From Candidatus Parcubacteria bacterium (GTDB lineage Bacteria > Patescibacteriota > Microgenomatia > UBA12405), in contig JAEZTF010000007.1 of the NCBI GenBank assembly GCA_023443725.1, positions 103,846 to 167,845 of the forward strand: 64,000 bases of DNA. The letters run 5' to 3'. The notes beneath the pieces are model-generated. The model had not been told where the DNA came from, did not search any database, and saw only the letters and a program-made list of their open reading frames with translations. Made by a program: the position numbers and the translations under genes. Within the stretch, counting starts at the first letter, position 1, and every line of letters begins with the position of its first letter. Below are positions 37,002 through 46,722 of this stretch, piece after piece.

Positions 37002-38204
37002 GTGAAAAAAAATATTTCTCTATTTGTTTTGGCTTACCTCAAATTTCTTGCCAAAATCCAACTTAAAAAAATTAGACTAATTCAAAAATTAAAACATCGA
37101 CAACTTGATATCGTTGGTATCACAGGGTCTGCCGGAAAAAGTTCCACCTTATTTGCCTGCCAATCTGTTTTATCTCCTCATTTGAAAATTAAAACCAACG
37201 ATGGCTACAATTCTGAATCTGGACTCCCTTTGGCTATTATTGGATTAAAAATCAAAAATTATAGTTTTTTTTCCTGGTTAAAAATTCTTCTTCTTTCTCC
37301 TCTAAAAATTTTAATCAATTGGCAAGGTTTTGATGTTTTAATTTTGGAAATGGGAGTCGATTCCCCTATTTGGCCCAAGAATATGGATTATCTTTTATCA
37401 ATTGTTAAACCAAACATTGGTATTTTTCTCAATGTTAGTTCGGTTCATCTAAACAAATTTGATTCTCTTGATCAAATTGCGAGTCAAAAAGCCAAGTTAG
37501 TTAATCAAGCCAAAACTGCCATTATTAATGACCAAGATAAGTTGGTCAAAAAATACACTCAAAACAAAAATATAATAAATATTATTCCCACCAAAATAAA
37601 ATTTACCAATTTTTATTTGCCTGATATTTATCAAACCAGTTTTGGTGCCGCCCTTTCTTTGGCCCGAATTTTTAATATTAATTATAAAGATGCCATTAAA
37701 AGTCTTCAAACTAATTTTTCTCTACCACCATCTCGATCATCAATTTTAAAAGGCATCAAAAATACTACTATTATAGATAGTTCTTATAATTCTTCTCCCA
37801 TTGCTTGTCAAAAAATGCTTGAATTTTTAGATACTTTTAAAACTAGAAAAATTGCTATCCTTGGTGACATGCGAGAGTTAGGTTCACTAAATGAGTCAGA
37901 ACATAACAAAATATATCAGCAAGCTATTAAAACTGCTGATCTTTTGATTAGTGTTGGTCCAGAAACCAAAAAATATTTTGGTGATAGATCAAATAAATTT
38001 TCTAATTGGTGGACCGCAGCAGAATTTTTAAAACAACAAATCAAAGGTAGTGAAACTATTTTGGTCAAAGGTTCTCAAAACACCATTTATCTTGAAGAGC
38101 TAGTCAAATCAATTCTTCAAAATCCATCTGATTCTTCTAAACTTTGTCGTCAATCTGCTTGGTGGCTAAAAACAAAAAATAATTTTAAAAACCAAAGTAA
38201 ATAA
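37002..38204 (+). CDS. Mur ligase family protein (MurF-like UDP-MurNAc-tripeptide--D-Ala-D-Ala ligase)
   Basis: Mur ligase P-loop DIVGITGSAGKSST. Sits beside ddl. N-terminal domain shortened. Confidence 0.65.
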   Translation: MKKNISLFVLAYLKFLAKIQLKKIRLIQKLKHRQLDIVGITGSAGKSSTLFACQSVLSPHLKIKTNDGYNSESGLPLAIIGLKIKNYSFFSWLKILLLSPLKILINWQGFDVLILEMGVDSPIWPKNMDYLLSIVKPNIGIFLNVSSVHLNKFDSLDQIASQKAKLVNQAKTAIINDQDKLVKKYTQNKNIINIIPTKIKFTNFYLPDIYQTSFGAALSLARIFNINYKDAIKSLQTNFSLPPSRSSILKGIKNTTIIDSSYNSSPIACQKMLEFLDTFKTRKIAILGDMRELGSLNESEHNKIYQQAIKTADLLISVGPETKKYFGDRSNKFSNWWTAAEFLKQQIKGSETILVKGSQNTIYLEELVKSILQNPSDSSKLCRQSAWWLKTKNNFKNQSK

Positions 38205-38272
38205 ATCTATCCCCCTTTTGTAACGTTTTTTGTAAATGCTATAATTCCCAAACCTGCCAAAAAACTAATAAC

Positions 38273-39610
38273 ATGGCATCACCAGAACAACCAACAATAG
38301 CACAGGAAAAAATTACTTCCGTTTTGATATCGCCTGGTGAAATGCCCCAAACCAGAGAAATAAATCAAAAACAAATTTCCGGAGAGTTAGTCACAATTAA
38401 ACAAGAATTTGATTCATGGTTACCAGAAGATCATTATGATGTTACTTTTTATCAAGCAATTACTATATGTTTTAACGGTAGTGAAACCTCCTATTTAGTT
38501 AGGGACCCCCACAAATTAAAACAGCTCAAAGACGATATTTTTCAAATTTTAGATGAAAAGAAATTAACGTTATCTAAATTAATTACATCAATTTTTGTGA
38601 CAAGTTATGATTATGACCTACTATCATTATTTGATAACGATCGGCATCTAAGAAAAAGTTTTTTAAAAGAAATTTTTGAAGAAAATAAAGGTCCTGAAAA
38701 TCATCAAAAAAGAAGAGAATTAGTCCTAAAAGCTATAGATAGTGGAGAAGCTTATCGTCACAAACCAACTAAAATAGAAACTCAAAAAACTGTCAAAAAG
38801 CCAAAAACCAACAATACAGAAACAAAAAAATCTACAAAAATAAAAACTCAGAATGTCACTAATGAACCAAAAAAAGAAACTAAACCAAAAATTATTCAAA
38901 ATAATCCAATTACATCAATTACAGAAAAGATACCGAGCATTGAAGTTTATTCAATAAGTGGTACTTTTTTTGAAGAATTAAAAAAAGTTCAAGTTTTAAA
39001 AAATGCATTTTCAAACGCAGCCATCTTCCCTGAAAAAATTTCATTAGAAAAAGCAATGAAACTAGTCCATCCAAAATACGCAGACACCGAAACAAAACCG
39101 TCATTCTTTAATCAAAAATACAAACAAGTTCTTGAATCTTGGCTTCAAGATAATTTACCCAAATATGGTCTTAGTAATATTGATGGTATAGATAAATCAT
39201 TTTTTATTTTTCTAAAAGCTAATCCCAAACTTGTTGATCTATTCAACCAAGGATCTCTAATTGGTCTTAATGAATCAAATCTAAAAGATATAATCGCCTT
39301 TTTCCCAGGTGAATATTATTATACGGTCCAAAAAACAATTTCGAGATCTTTAGCAGAGATTTTTCAAACAATTCATTATGATGACGAAACTATTCAAAGA
39401 ATATTAGAAGAATGTCATAAAAAAATAGGATATGAAGTTGATCCTGAAAATGAGATAAAAATACGAGAGCTTGTAAGAAAAACTTGCGCAAAAAATTTAC
39501 CTAATAATTTATACCAACCAGTAATACTAAAACAACCATCATTAAAAAAATTTCCACCAAATAAAAGATCATATAGCCCTCAAAATAAAAAAACTAAAGA
39601 ATCTCTATAA
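38273..39610 (+). CDS. hypothetical protein with K/T-rich low-complexity linker
   Basis: 445 aa with no recognisable motif. Central TKKSTKIKTQNVTNEPKKETKPK stretch. Confidence 0.35.
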   Translation: MASPEQPTIAQEKITSVLISPGEMPQTREINQKQISGELVTIKQEFDSWLPEDHYDVTFYQAITICFNGSETSYLVRDPHKLKQLKDDIFQILDEKKLTLSKLITSIFVTSYDYDLLSLFDNDRHLRKSFLKEIFEENKGPENHQKRRELVLKAIDSGEAYRHKPTKIETQKTVKKPKTNNTETKKSTKIKTQNVTNEPKKETKPKIIQNNPITSITEKIPSIEVYSISGTFFEELKKVQVLKNAFSNAAIFPEKISLEKAMKLVHPKYADTETKPSFFNQKYKQVLESWLQDNLPKYGLSNIDGIDKSFFIFLKANPKLVDLFNQGSLIGLNESNLKDIIAFFPGEYYYTVQKTISRSLAEIFQTIHYDDETIQRILEECHKKIGYEVDPENEIKIRELVRKTCAKNLPNNLYQPVILKQPSLKKFPPNKRSYSPQNKKTKESL

Positions 39611-40225
39611 AATCTTAAATAATTTATTTATCTTTCCGATTAAAAAATCCGGTTTGTTTTTTGCTAATAATTTTTCATCACTAAATCCCCAAGTCACTGC
39701 CGCTATTTTTATCCCGATTTTTTTACACGCCTCAATATCTCTTACTTCATCACCCACATATAAAACTTGATCTTTATTTAATTTTCTTGTTTTCAAAATA
39801 TTTTTTATTACTCTAGTTTTTCCAAACAAACTTCCCTTGCCCACAACATAATCAAACATTTCAATTTTATTTTTCTTTAAAAATTCTTTGATATTTTCTT
39901 CACTATTTGTCGAAATTATCCCCAAAGTAAGTCCTCTTTTTTTTAGTTCCATCAACATTTCTTTTGTGCCTTCAAATGGTTCAACTGATTTTATTTTTTG
40001 ATTCATCAGTTTTTTACCCATTTTTAATATTTTTAATATTTTCCAAACAGAAATATTTCTTTTTTTAATTAACTCAGCCACACCTTGTTCTTTATAAATT
40101 TTAAGTTCTTTTTCTCCAAATTTTTCAAAACCAAATTCTTTTTTATGCTCTTCAAAAATTTCCATCATCGCTCCAAAACTATCCGCTATCGTTCCATCAA
40201 AATCAAAAATTATTTCTTTAAACAT
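39605..40225 (-). CDS. HAD-superfamily hydrolase
   Basis: Motif I IIFDFDGTIADS and a C-terminal HAD motif (YVGDEVRD). Confidence 0.7.
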   Translation of the reverse strand: MFKEIIFDFDGTIADSFGAMMEIFEEHKKEFGFEKFGEKELKIYKEQGVAELIKKRNISVWKILKILKMGKKLMNQKIKSVEPFEGTKEMLMELKKRGLTLGIISTNSEENIKEFLKKNKIEMFDYVVGKGSLFGKTRVIKNILKTRKLNKDQVLYVGDEVRDIEACKKIGIKIAAVTWGFSDEKLLAKNKPDFLIGKINKLFKIL

Positions 40226-40228
40226 TTC

Positions 40229-40801
40229 CTATTTAAAATCCTTCTCTTTTTTCATTTCTCTTTCAATTAGATTTCTCAAAAACACCGATTTTGGAATCAT
40301 TCTTTTTTGTGTCACCCAATCAAGATAAGTTAAAATCTTTGGGCTAACAAAAAAATTAAATCTCACATCAACCAAAGCTGCTACTTTTTTAAGAGTTGTT
40401 TTAATTACTTCTTCTACATTTTCATTATCATATTCCACCAAAAAAAGTTTTTGATCCGCAATTCCTCCAATAAAAATTGGTTTGGATTCTGATTTATATA
40501 AAGCAATTACTGGTTTATTCATTTCTAAAGCTTGTGCAATCAAGTAACCAGCAGACATACTATGACCAGATACTTCTATCACTACTAATTCAGCTTTTTT
40601 TAAACTCTTAATTGATTCTTCATAATTACTTCTTTTAAATTGAAGTGATTCGTTTTTAAGATCTCTTACTCCAGATTTAATTAGTTTCAATACTTTATCA
40701 CTTACCATTTTATTACCATCAGCTAAAACCTCATACATTCGTTTATACAAAGTCACATCTTTACCCACCAATCTTGATGATGCTACAAAATATACCTGCA
40801 T
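40229..40801 (-). CDS. hypothetical fusion: nucleoside 2-deoxyribosyltransferase-like (SLOG-type) domain plus C-terminal ribbon-helix-helix-like segment
   Basis: N-terminus QVYFVASS...ELVVIEVSGHSMSAGYLIAQALEMNKPVIALY resembles the NDT/LOG fold. C-terminus FFVSPKILTYLDWVTQKRMIPKSVFLRNLIEREM fits an RHH pattern. Both assignments are memory-based. Confidence 0.3.
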   Translation of the reverse strand: MQVYFVASSRLVGKDVTLYKRMYEVLADGNKMVSDKVLKLIKSGVRDLKNESLQFKRSNYEESIKSLKKAELVVIEVSGHSMSAGYLIAQALEMNKPVIALYKSESKPIFIGGIADQKLFLVEYDNENVEEVIKTTLKKVAALVDVRFNFFVSPKILTYLDWVTQKRMIPKSVFLRNLIEREMKKEKDFK

Positions 40802-40813
40802 AAACCAATTATA

Positions 40814-41950
40814 CTATAAAGTTCCCAACTTTTGGCTAAAAAATTCTATATCCATTTTAGCTACATCATCCCAACTTTGTTTTAAGTTATGATCATTATC
40901 TTTTCTAATATCTAGACTAACTTCTTTATTTAATTTTTTAAGTTTATTTTGTAAATCTTTTTGCCAACTAACCTTACACCATTCGTCAGCCGTTCCCTGA
41001 TGAATCAATATTGGAGATTGGATATTATTATAAAAATTATCAATAGAATAAAGTTTACTGTCATATTCTTTCTCAAATTGATCAATTCTATCTTTCACAA
41101 TTTTTCCTGATTCACTATTTTCATCAATCGTTTCCAAAACACTTTTGGGGAATGGATTAGTCATCGGTGCCCACAAAACCGTCGGATAATTTTTGCCAGT
41201 AATTTCTAAGACTGATATGGCAATTTGCCCCCCATTACTATGTGCCCAAATCCCAATTTTTCCGCTATCAACAAAATCTAAACTTTTTACCGACTCAATT
41301 AAATCCAATACACTAACCGGTTTTTCAAATCTGGCTTCCAAAATATCTGTTGATTCTTGGTCTGATAATCCAAATCCCAAAAAATCTAAACTAACCGTCA
41401 CAAACCCATTTCTGGCCAATTCATCAGCCATTTTCCAACTTCCAGAACCAATAAAATAACCTTGTGATTCAGCAAATCCTCGTATCATAATTATTGCCGG
41501 TAATTTATTACTTTTAGTAGTTATTGGAATGTTCATCATTCCAGAAATTTTTTTTCCATTTGATTCAAAACTAATTGCTTTACTTTCAAAATTATTTTCC
41601 TTTTTTATTCCCTCTTCTTCATATTTTTTTAAAACTGTCTTTCTCGCTTCTTCTACTACTAATAATTTTCCAATTGTTTTAATTTCTGAAGACTGATTTT
41701 TTCTTTTTTTTAAATTTTCAAAATTATATTGTGCTAAGTAACCAACATTTTTTTCTATTTTTTTATTTTCTTTGTTACCACTAAATTTAATATCACTAAC
41801 CGGATTTGTAAATTCTGTCTCCAGTCTCCACCATCCCATTTTCCAACTGATCAGTCCTCCTCCTACCAACAAAACCAACACCATTAATAATATTTTCCAA
41901 AACTTCATTATTTTAATTTTACAATTAATATCATCTTTTAAGCTTGACAA
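40814..41950 (-). CDS. alpha/beta-hydrolase (dienelactone-hydrolase/S9-like) with N-terminal membrane anchor
   Basis: N-terminal TM helix. Nucleophile elbow GIWAHSNGG and a C-terminal HQGTADEW...DH triad-like region. Confidence 0.6.
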   Translation of the reverse strand: MSSLKDDINCKIKIMKFWKILLMVLVLLVGGGLISWKMGWWRLETEFTNPVSDIKFSGNKENKKIEKNVGYLAQYNFENLKKRKNQSSEIKTIGKLLVVEEARKTVLKKYEEEGIKKENNFESKAISFESNGKKISGMMNIPITTKSNKLPAIIMIRGFAESQGYFIGSGSWKMADELARNGFVTVSLDFLGFGLSDQESTDILEARFEKPVSVLDLIESVKSLDFVDSGKIGIWAHSNGGQIAISVLEITGKNYPTVLWAPMTNPFPKSVLETIDENSESGKIVKDRIDQFEKEYDSKLYSIDNFYNNIQSPILIHQGTADEWCKVSWQKDLQNKLKKLNKEVSLDIRKDNDHNLKQSWDDVAKMDIEFFSQKLGTL

Positions 41951-42099
41951 GTTTTCTCATCTCAATTACAATCACCACCATATTTAACTTAATAGCAAGC
42001 TAAATTAAATACTACAAAATAGTATTTTGTTCCTTTCCAGTTTATCTAAAAATATGGGATTATTGGCAAAAGCCAATAAAATAAAGGGAGGGTATTTAA

Positions 42100-42282
42100 A
42101 TGTCTCAACAAAGTAACGCCTACACCAGAAGTTACAACCCAAACGAACCCAGCACCAACGGTAGATCGTTTACCCGAAACGGTCTAAGCAGCCAAAAAAC
42201 CAGGCCGATACCAACATATCAACCTGATAAAAAAGGCACATCCCCCAAAGGAAAGAAAAGAAAAAGTCTTTCAATCTTTTAG
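42100..42282 (+). CDS. small basic hypothetical protein (60 aa)
   Basis: GGAGGG SD 8 nt upstream, with its own terminator at 42297-42350. N/S/T/K-rich. Confidence 0.4.
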   Translation: MSQQSNAYTRSYNPNEPSTNGRSFTRNGLSSQKTRPIPTYQPDKKGTSPKGKKRKSLSIF

Positions 42283-42296
42283 ATAAACTCCATTTT

Positions 42297-42350
42297 GGAT
42301 ATTGTTGTAGACACTTTTGTGTCAACCCCGTCTACAACAATATCCTTTTT
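42297..42350 (+). terminator. rho-independent terminator with a perfect 16-bp stem
   Basis: GGATATTGTTGTAGAC...GTCTACAACAATATCC followed by T5. Confidence 0.7.
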
Positions 42351-42522
42351 CCCCTTTTAATTCACTCTATATATTGACCATATTATTGTTTCTAAGGTAA
42401 AATAGCCAAATTTTGGAAAAATAAGAATTTAGCTCTTTAAAACAAAACCAAAATTTAACAAATCTGATATCAACATTGAGGTAAGACAGTGTTGAAATAT
42501 AAACGGAGGTATTTGTCACACA

Positions 42523-42807
42523 ATGGAAAAAGGTTATGTCGTAGTTAAAGGAAGTCATTCTTCAAACGAAGCTGACGCAATAAAAAATCGGCCTCCAGAA
42601 GGAGATGTCGAAGTTCTTATTCATGAGCTTAAAAGTCATGGACTCATTACACCATCGTGTATTCCAGGGGAATATTTATCCGTAATTAATTTCTTGTCGA
42701 CAAGAAAGAGCGAAGTCTCGGCTTTTGTCAGAAACAAAGGCTTTGATTTATACATTTGTGTTCCTCTTTCAAAACCACCGGCAGGAAAACAGCGTTATTC
42801 AGAATGA
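42523..42807 (+). CDS. hypothetical protein (94 aa)
   Basis: ACGGAGG SD. Preceded by TTGACC-18-TAAAAT and followed by the hairpin GAGGTTGTG...CACAACCTC plus T-run. Confidence 0.4.
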   Translation: MEKGYVVVKGSHSSNEADAIKNRPPEGDVEVLIHELKSHGLITPSCIPGEYLSVINFLSTRKSEVSAFVRNKGFDLYICVPLSKPPAGKQRYSE

Positions 42808-43027
42808 CATATAAACCATAGTAATCGTCTCTAACGAGGTTGTGTTTAGGGTTTTTACCCTTTTCTTACCAGCACAACCTCTTTCCCTTTTTATCCCAAA
42901 AACTTGTATTTATTTATATTTTTTAGTAAAATTACCCCCTGTAAATTTTCAGAAAGCAATTTCTGTTTTTTTACGAACGTTCAAAATCTATAAAGAAAAC
43001 AATAATAAGATAGAAGGAGACATTTTC

Positions 43028-43402
43028 ATGAATGATGGCAAGATCCTACCCTTTAGTATCGAAATGCTAAAAGTCAAACTTGTTGTTAATCCTAACTACA
43101 AGTTTGATGATCAAGAAAATCCCCCAGAAAAATATTTTCATCAACTTGTTGGTTTTTTCAACCGAAGCAGTAGTCAAACGGTTGAAATTCATGATGAAGA
43201 TGGTTACATTTTGATTCCAATTAGCGAATCGGCTAACATCGAAATGTACAAATCTCTTTGGACCATTCATAAAATTCATAGTAAAAAACAAGAAAACACC
43301 GAAACAATTCCAAAACACATCGAACTAAAATTTACTACAGTAAAGTGCACCACCGAATCATTTGATAATTTTTTATACTTTTGTGCTGAAACAACTAGTT
43401 GA
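43028..43402 (+). CDS. hypothetical protein (124 aa)
   Basis: GAAGGAGA SD 9 nt upstream of ATG. Preceded by TTGTAT-17-TAAAAT. The ORF-track start at 42842 is probably too early. Confidence 0.45.
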   Translation: MNDGKILPFSIEMLKVKLVVNPNYKFDDQENPPEKYFHQLVGFFNRSSSQTVEIHDEDGYILIPISESANIEMYKSLWTIHKIHSKKQENTETIPKHIELKFTTVKCTTESFDNFLYFCAETTS

Positions 43403-43419
43403 AAGGAGGTTCTGTTTGT

Positions 43420-43713
43420 ATGACACAAACATTATTTGGTCAGAGACACCTTATGATCAAAATTCTCAACAAAGAATCAGAAAAAGATCAAACAGGCAAA
43501 AGTCCACAAGACTATCAACAAGGGATCATTGAAGATTGTCTCAATGTCGTCTTGCGTGAAAACAAAGCCATTGGAATCGATGTTATCAAACTTCTCAAGC
43601 CCATAGACCCTCGTCAATTCGACGATGAAGTCAGTTCTTTAGAAGGTCTAATCAAACAATATGTAATGGAATACGAATTAGACAATCTTAGGTTCACTAT
43701 CACTTATTGTTAA
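43420..43713 (+). CDS. hypothetical protein (97 aa), co-transcribed with the previous gene
   Basis: AAAGGAGG SD, 17 nt after the previous stop. Followed by long hairpin 43728-43785 and terminator 43903-43929. Confidence 0.45.
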   Translation: MTQTLFGQRHLMIKILNKESEKDQTGKSPQDYQQGIIEDCLNVVLRENKAIGIDVIKLLKPIDPRQFDDEVSSLEGLIKQYVMEYELDNLRFTITYC

Positions 43714-43902
43714 CTTTATGGATTTGTGGAAGCACGGAAACTTAACAAATTATTTAAAAAATAAAATGTTAAACTCCGTGCTTCCCAAATTCTCTTTATT
43801 TACAATCCTAAATTATTAAGTTATAATTCTCCATCAACCGAAGACAGCCAGCATTCAAATAAGTCTAGCCGAGGCAAAACAATTTATTTTGTTTTATCTA
43901 CA

Positions 43903-43929
43903 CCTCGCATCTTCGGCGAGGTTTTTTTT
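43903..43929 (+). terminator. rho-independent terminator
   Basis: CCTCGC-ATCTTCG-GCGAGG followed by T8. Confidence 0.65.
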
Positions 43930-44026
43930 GTTAAATAGGTCTAAATTTGAACCGTAGGGCCAAATTTTGCCTATTTATCAAACTCCGATTTATCGGAGTA
44001 AACAATTAAAATTTATTTAAAAACAA

Positions 44027-44539
44027 ATGCCAGCAATCAAAAAAATCGAACAAGTCGACCAAGTTGCTAAAAAATTAGCTGATGCTAAATCTGTAGCTTT
44101 GATTCAATATCAAGGTTTAAATGCTGCCGATATAGAGCAACTCCGAGCTAATATTCGTGCCAACGGTGGACAAATGGAAGTTGTCAAAAACTCTCTTATT
44201 ACTCGTGCTTTAGAAAAAATGGGGATTAAACTCCCAGAAGTTCTTACTGGACCAACCTCTATCACCTATTGTAATGACGATGAAGTTGCTCCTTTAAAAG
44301 AAATTGACAAAGTCAATAAAGCCAAAGAAGTAACTTCTTTTAAATATGGTATTTTTGACAAAAAACTTTTATCTCTTGATGAATTAAAAACTTTCATCAA
44401 TTTACCTTCCAAAACCACTCTTATTTCTCAATTTGTTGGTGGTTTAGCCAACCCTCTTCAAAGATTGGCTTATGCTCTCCGTTACAACCAAACCAATTTG
44501 GTTTTAACTCTAAAAGCACTTGCTGAAAAGCAAAAATAA
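44027..44539 (+). CDS. rplJ: 50S ribosomal protein L10
   Basis: Typical L10 N-terminus (KSVALIQYQGLNAADIEQLRANIRANGGQMEVVKNSL). Confidence 0.9.
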   Translation: MPAIKKIEQVDQVAKKLADAKSVALIQYQGLNAADIEQLRANIRANGGQMEVVKNSLITRALEKMGIKLPEVLTGPTSITYCNDDEVAPLKEIDKVNKAKEVTSFKYGIFDKKLLSLDELKTFINLPSKTTLISQFVGGLANPLQRLAYALRYNQTNLVLTLKALAEKQK

Positions 44540-44573
44540 AATTATTAATTATTTATTAAAAATTTAAAAAAAT

Positions 44574-44954
44574 ATGTCAGATAAAATTCAAAAAATAATC
44601 GATTCTGTCGCTGAATTAAGCGTTCTTGAGCTTTCTGAATTAGTTAAAGCTCTCGAAGAGAAATTCGATGTTAAAGCTGTCGCTGCTGCTCCTGTAGCTG
44701 CTGCTCCTGCTGCTGGTGCTGCTGCTCCTGCTGCTGAAGAAAAAAGTGAATTTGATGTCGTCATCACTTCTGGTGGTGCCAACAAAATCGCTGTTATCAA
44801 AGTAGTCCGTGAATTCAAACCAGAATTAGGTTTGAAAGAAGCTAAGGATATGGTTGATACTTGTCCAGCTACTTTAGGTACTATGAAAAAAGATGCTGCT
44901 AATGATGCAAAAGCAAAATTAGAAGCTGCCGGTGCCCAAGTCGAATTAAAATAA
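44574..44954 (+). CDS. rplL: 50S ribosomal protein L7/L12
   Basis: Ala/Pro-rich hinge [21 protein letters not shown] and a conserved C-terminal domain. Confidence 0.95.
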   Translation: MSDKIQKIIDSVAELSVLELSELVKALEEKFDVKAVAAAPVAAAPAAGAAAPAAEEKSEFDVVITSGGANKIAVIKVVREFKPELGLKEAKDMVDTCPATLGTMKKDAANDAKAKLEAAGAQVELK

Positions 44955-44974
44955 TTCTCTTATTTTAAAACCTT

Positions 44975-45001
44975 AAAGCCCGCCTCCCGGCGGGCTTTTT
45001 A
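44975..45001 (+). terminator. rho-independent terminator of rplJL
   Basis: AAGCCCGCC-TCCC-GGCGGGCTT followed by T5. Confidence 0.75.
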
Positions 45002-45023
45002 GTTAATTAAAAAGAGAATAATT

Positions 45024-45917
45024 TTATTTATTAATCTTTATATTAGGCAAAACGGCTGACACCAAAATCAAAATACTTCCAATAATTACTCCCCATCCAA
45101 CCACTTCTCCAAAAAACACTGCTCCAAAAACCACTCCAAAAATAATTTCCACCAATCCAATTAAACTTCCAATACTTGGTTCCAAATGTTTATAACCCTC
45201 AATCACTGCCAAATTAGCCACCAAGAAAGCCACCAAATATCCCAGCTGAGCTAACCATGGCACATTAAATCCAAAAACAGGCAAAGAATCTTTGAATATT
45301 GCCGACATTATAAAATTGACCACTGTAATTGAAATAAAATAACTAGTCATTATTTGTATCTCTGGATAATCACCAGATAATTTTTTGGTAAAGACTACTC
45401 CTCCCGCTCCCATCAAACCTGCCAAAATAGTCAAAGCTACCGCCAACAATTGACTTGAATTTAAAGTTAGTTGATAAATCGCCACCATCCCAAAAATTGC
45501 CAACACCAAACTTATCCATTTTATTTTGGTTATCTTTTCATTAAATCCAAATCGACCAATCACATATCCACCAATCAACAAAGCCGCATAAAACATCAAC
45601 GTTGCCGTGCCCACACTCAAATGTTTGAATCCATAAAAATATGGTGCCTGATTTAAACCCATGAGAGCAATTACTCCAAACCAAATCCAGTCTTTTTTAT
45701 TAATTGGTTTTAAAAATTTAAAAAAGAAATTTAAAATCAAAGTACCGATTAATAGCACTAAAGCTCTAGTCCAGGCTTGAGAAAACTCTCCAAAATAATT
45801 AGCCATTAATCTTGACCAAACTCCATAAGAGGCATAAAAAAACGCCGACGTCAAAATAAAAGCACTTCCTCTAACTTTTTGACTAGTTATTTTTTTCATT
45901 CTGATTGAATATATCAA
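45024..45917 (-). CDS. EamA/DMT-family transporter
   Basis: Ten TM helices in two repeated halves. Confidence 0.65.
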   Translation of the reverse strand: MIYSIRMKKITSQKVRGSAFILTSAFFYASYGVWSRLMANYFGEFSQAWTRALVLLIGTLILNFFFKFLKPINKKDWIWFGVIALMGLNQAPYFYGFKHLSVGTATLMFYAALLIGGYVIGRFGFNEKITKIKWISLVLAIFGMVAIYQLTLNSSQLLAVALTILAGLMGAGGVVFTKKLSGDYPEIQIMTSYFISITVVNFIMSAIFKDSLPVFGFNVPWLAQLGYLVAFLVANLAVIEGYKHLEPSIGSLIGLVEIIFGVVFGAVFFGEVVGWGVIIGSILILVSAVLPNIKINK

Positions 45918-45940
45918 TTAAATTGATTAAAATATAGCTG

Positions 45941-46720
45941 ATGTCCGAACAAACAGACAACCTAAATTTTCTCCTAAAACCATTTGGTTTAACCTCAGAA
46001 GAATCTAATATCTACCTAAATCTACTTGAAAACAGTACTTCATCGGCTCTAAAAATTAGTCGTCAAATAAATATGGCTCGCACTAAAGTGTATCGTATTT
46101 TGGACAAACTTATTGAAAAACAACTTGTCGTCCAACAATATAATCAAAACGGTTTTAAATTTAAAGCCAACCACCCATCCAAATTAAACCAACTAATTAC
46201 TCAAAAAGAAATTGAAATTTCTAGCCTTAAACAATCACTTCCTCAAACCATTGATCTGCTCGAAAAACATATAAATCTTAATCATCCTCAATCTCAAATC
46301 CTTTATTATCAAGGTCAAGATGGTCTTTCTCAAGTTAATTGGAATTTGCTTAATGCTAAAAAGGAATTTTTAAGTTATGAAGTTGATACCGCCGATGCTT
46401 ATCTTCCTCACTCTGAAGCCGAAAAACTTCGCCAAGCCCTAATCGACAAAAATATTACCTCTAGAACCTTAATGAACAAAAAAATTTCTAGTAATTTTTC
46501 TCAAATCTCTAAATTAGATATTTTTCAAGAGATACGATTTATACTGCCAAAAATCTTAACTATAAAATCAGATATCTTCATTTACAACGACATTTTTACT
46601 ATTTGCCATTATCTTGACAATAAAGATGTTTTTTGTCTTGAAATTAAAAATCAATTTCTGGTCGACATGCAAAAACAAATCTTTGAAAATCTTTGGAATC
46701 AATCTAAAAAAAATATTTAA
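45941..46720 (+). CDS. TrmB-like HTH transcriptional regulator
   Basis: N-terminal LGLTSEESNIYLNLLENSTSSALKISRQINMARTKVYRILDKLIEKQLV winged-helix of TrmB type. Confidence 0.5.
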   Translation: MSEQTDNLNFLLKPFGLTSEESNIYLNLLENSTSSALKISRQINMARTKVYRILDKLIEKQLVVQQYNQNGFKFKANHPSKLNQLITQKEIEISSLKQSLPQTIDLLEKHINLNHPQSQILYYQGQDGLSQVNWNLLNAKKEFLSYEVDTADAYLPHSEAEKLRQALIDKNITSRTLMNKKISSNFSQISKLDIFQEIRFILPKILTIKSDIFIYNDIFTICHYLDNKDVFCLEIKNQFLVDMQKQIFENLWNQSKKNI

Positions 46721-46722
46721 AT

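Noticed and set aside
44588-44818. Antisense 76-aa ORF inside rplL
   Set aside because: It mirrors the Ala-rich hinge codons of L7/L12 and has no independent signals.
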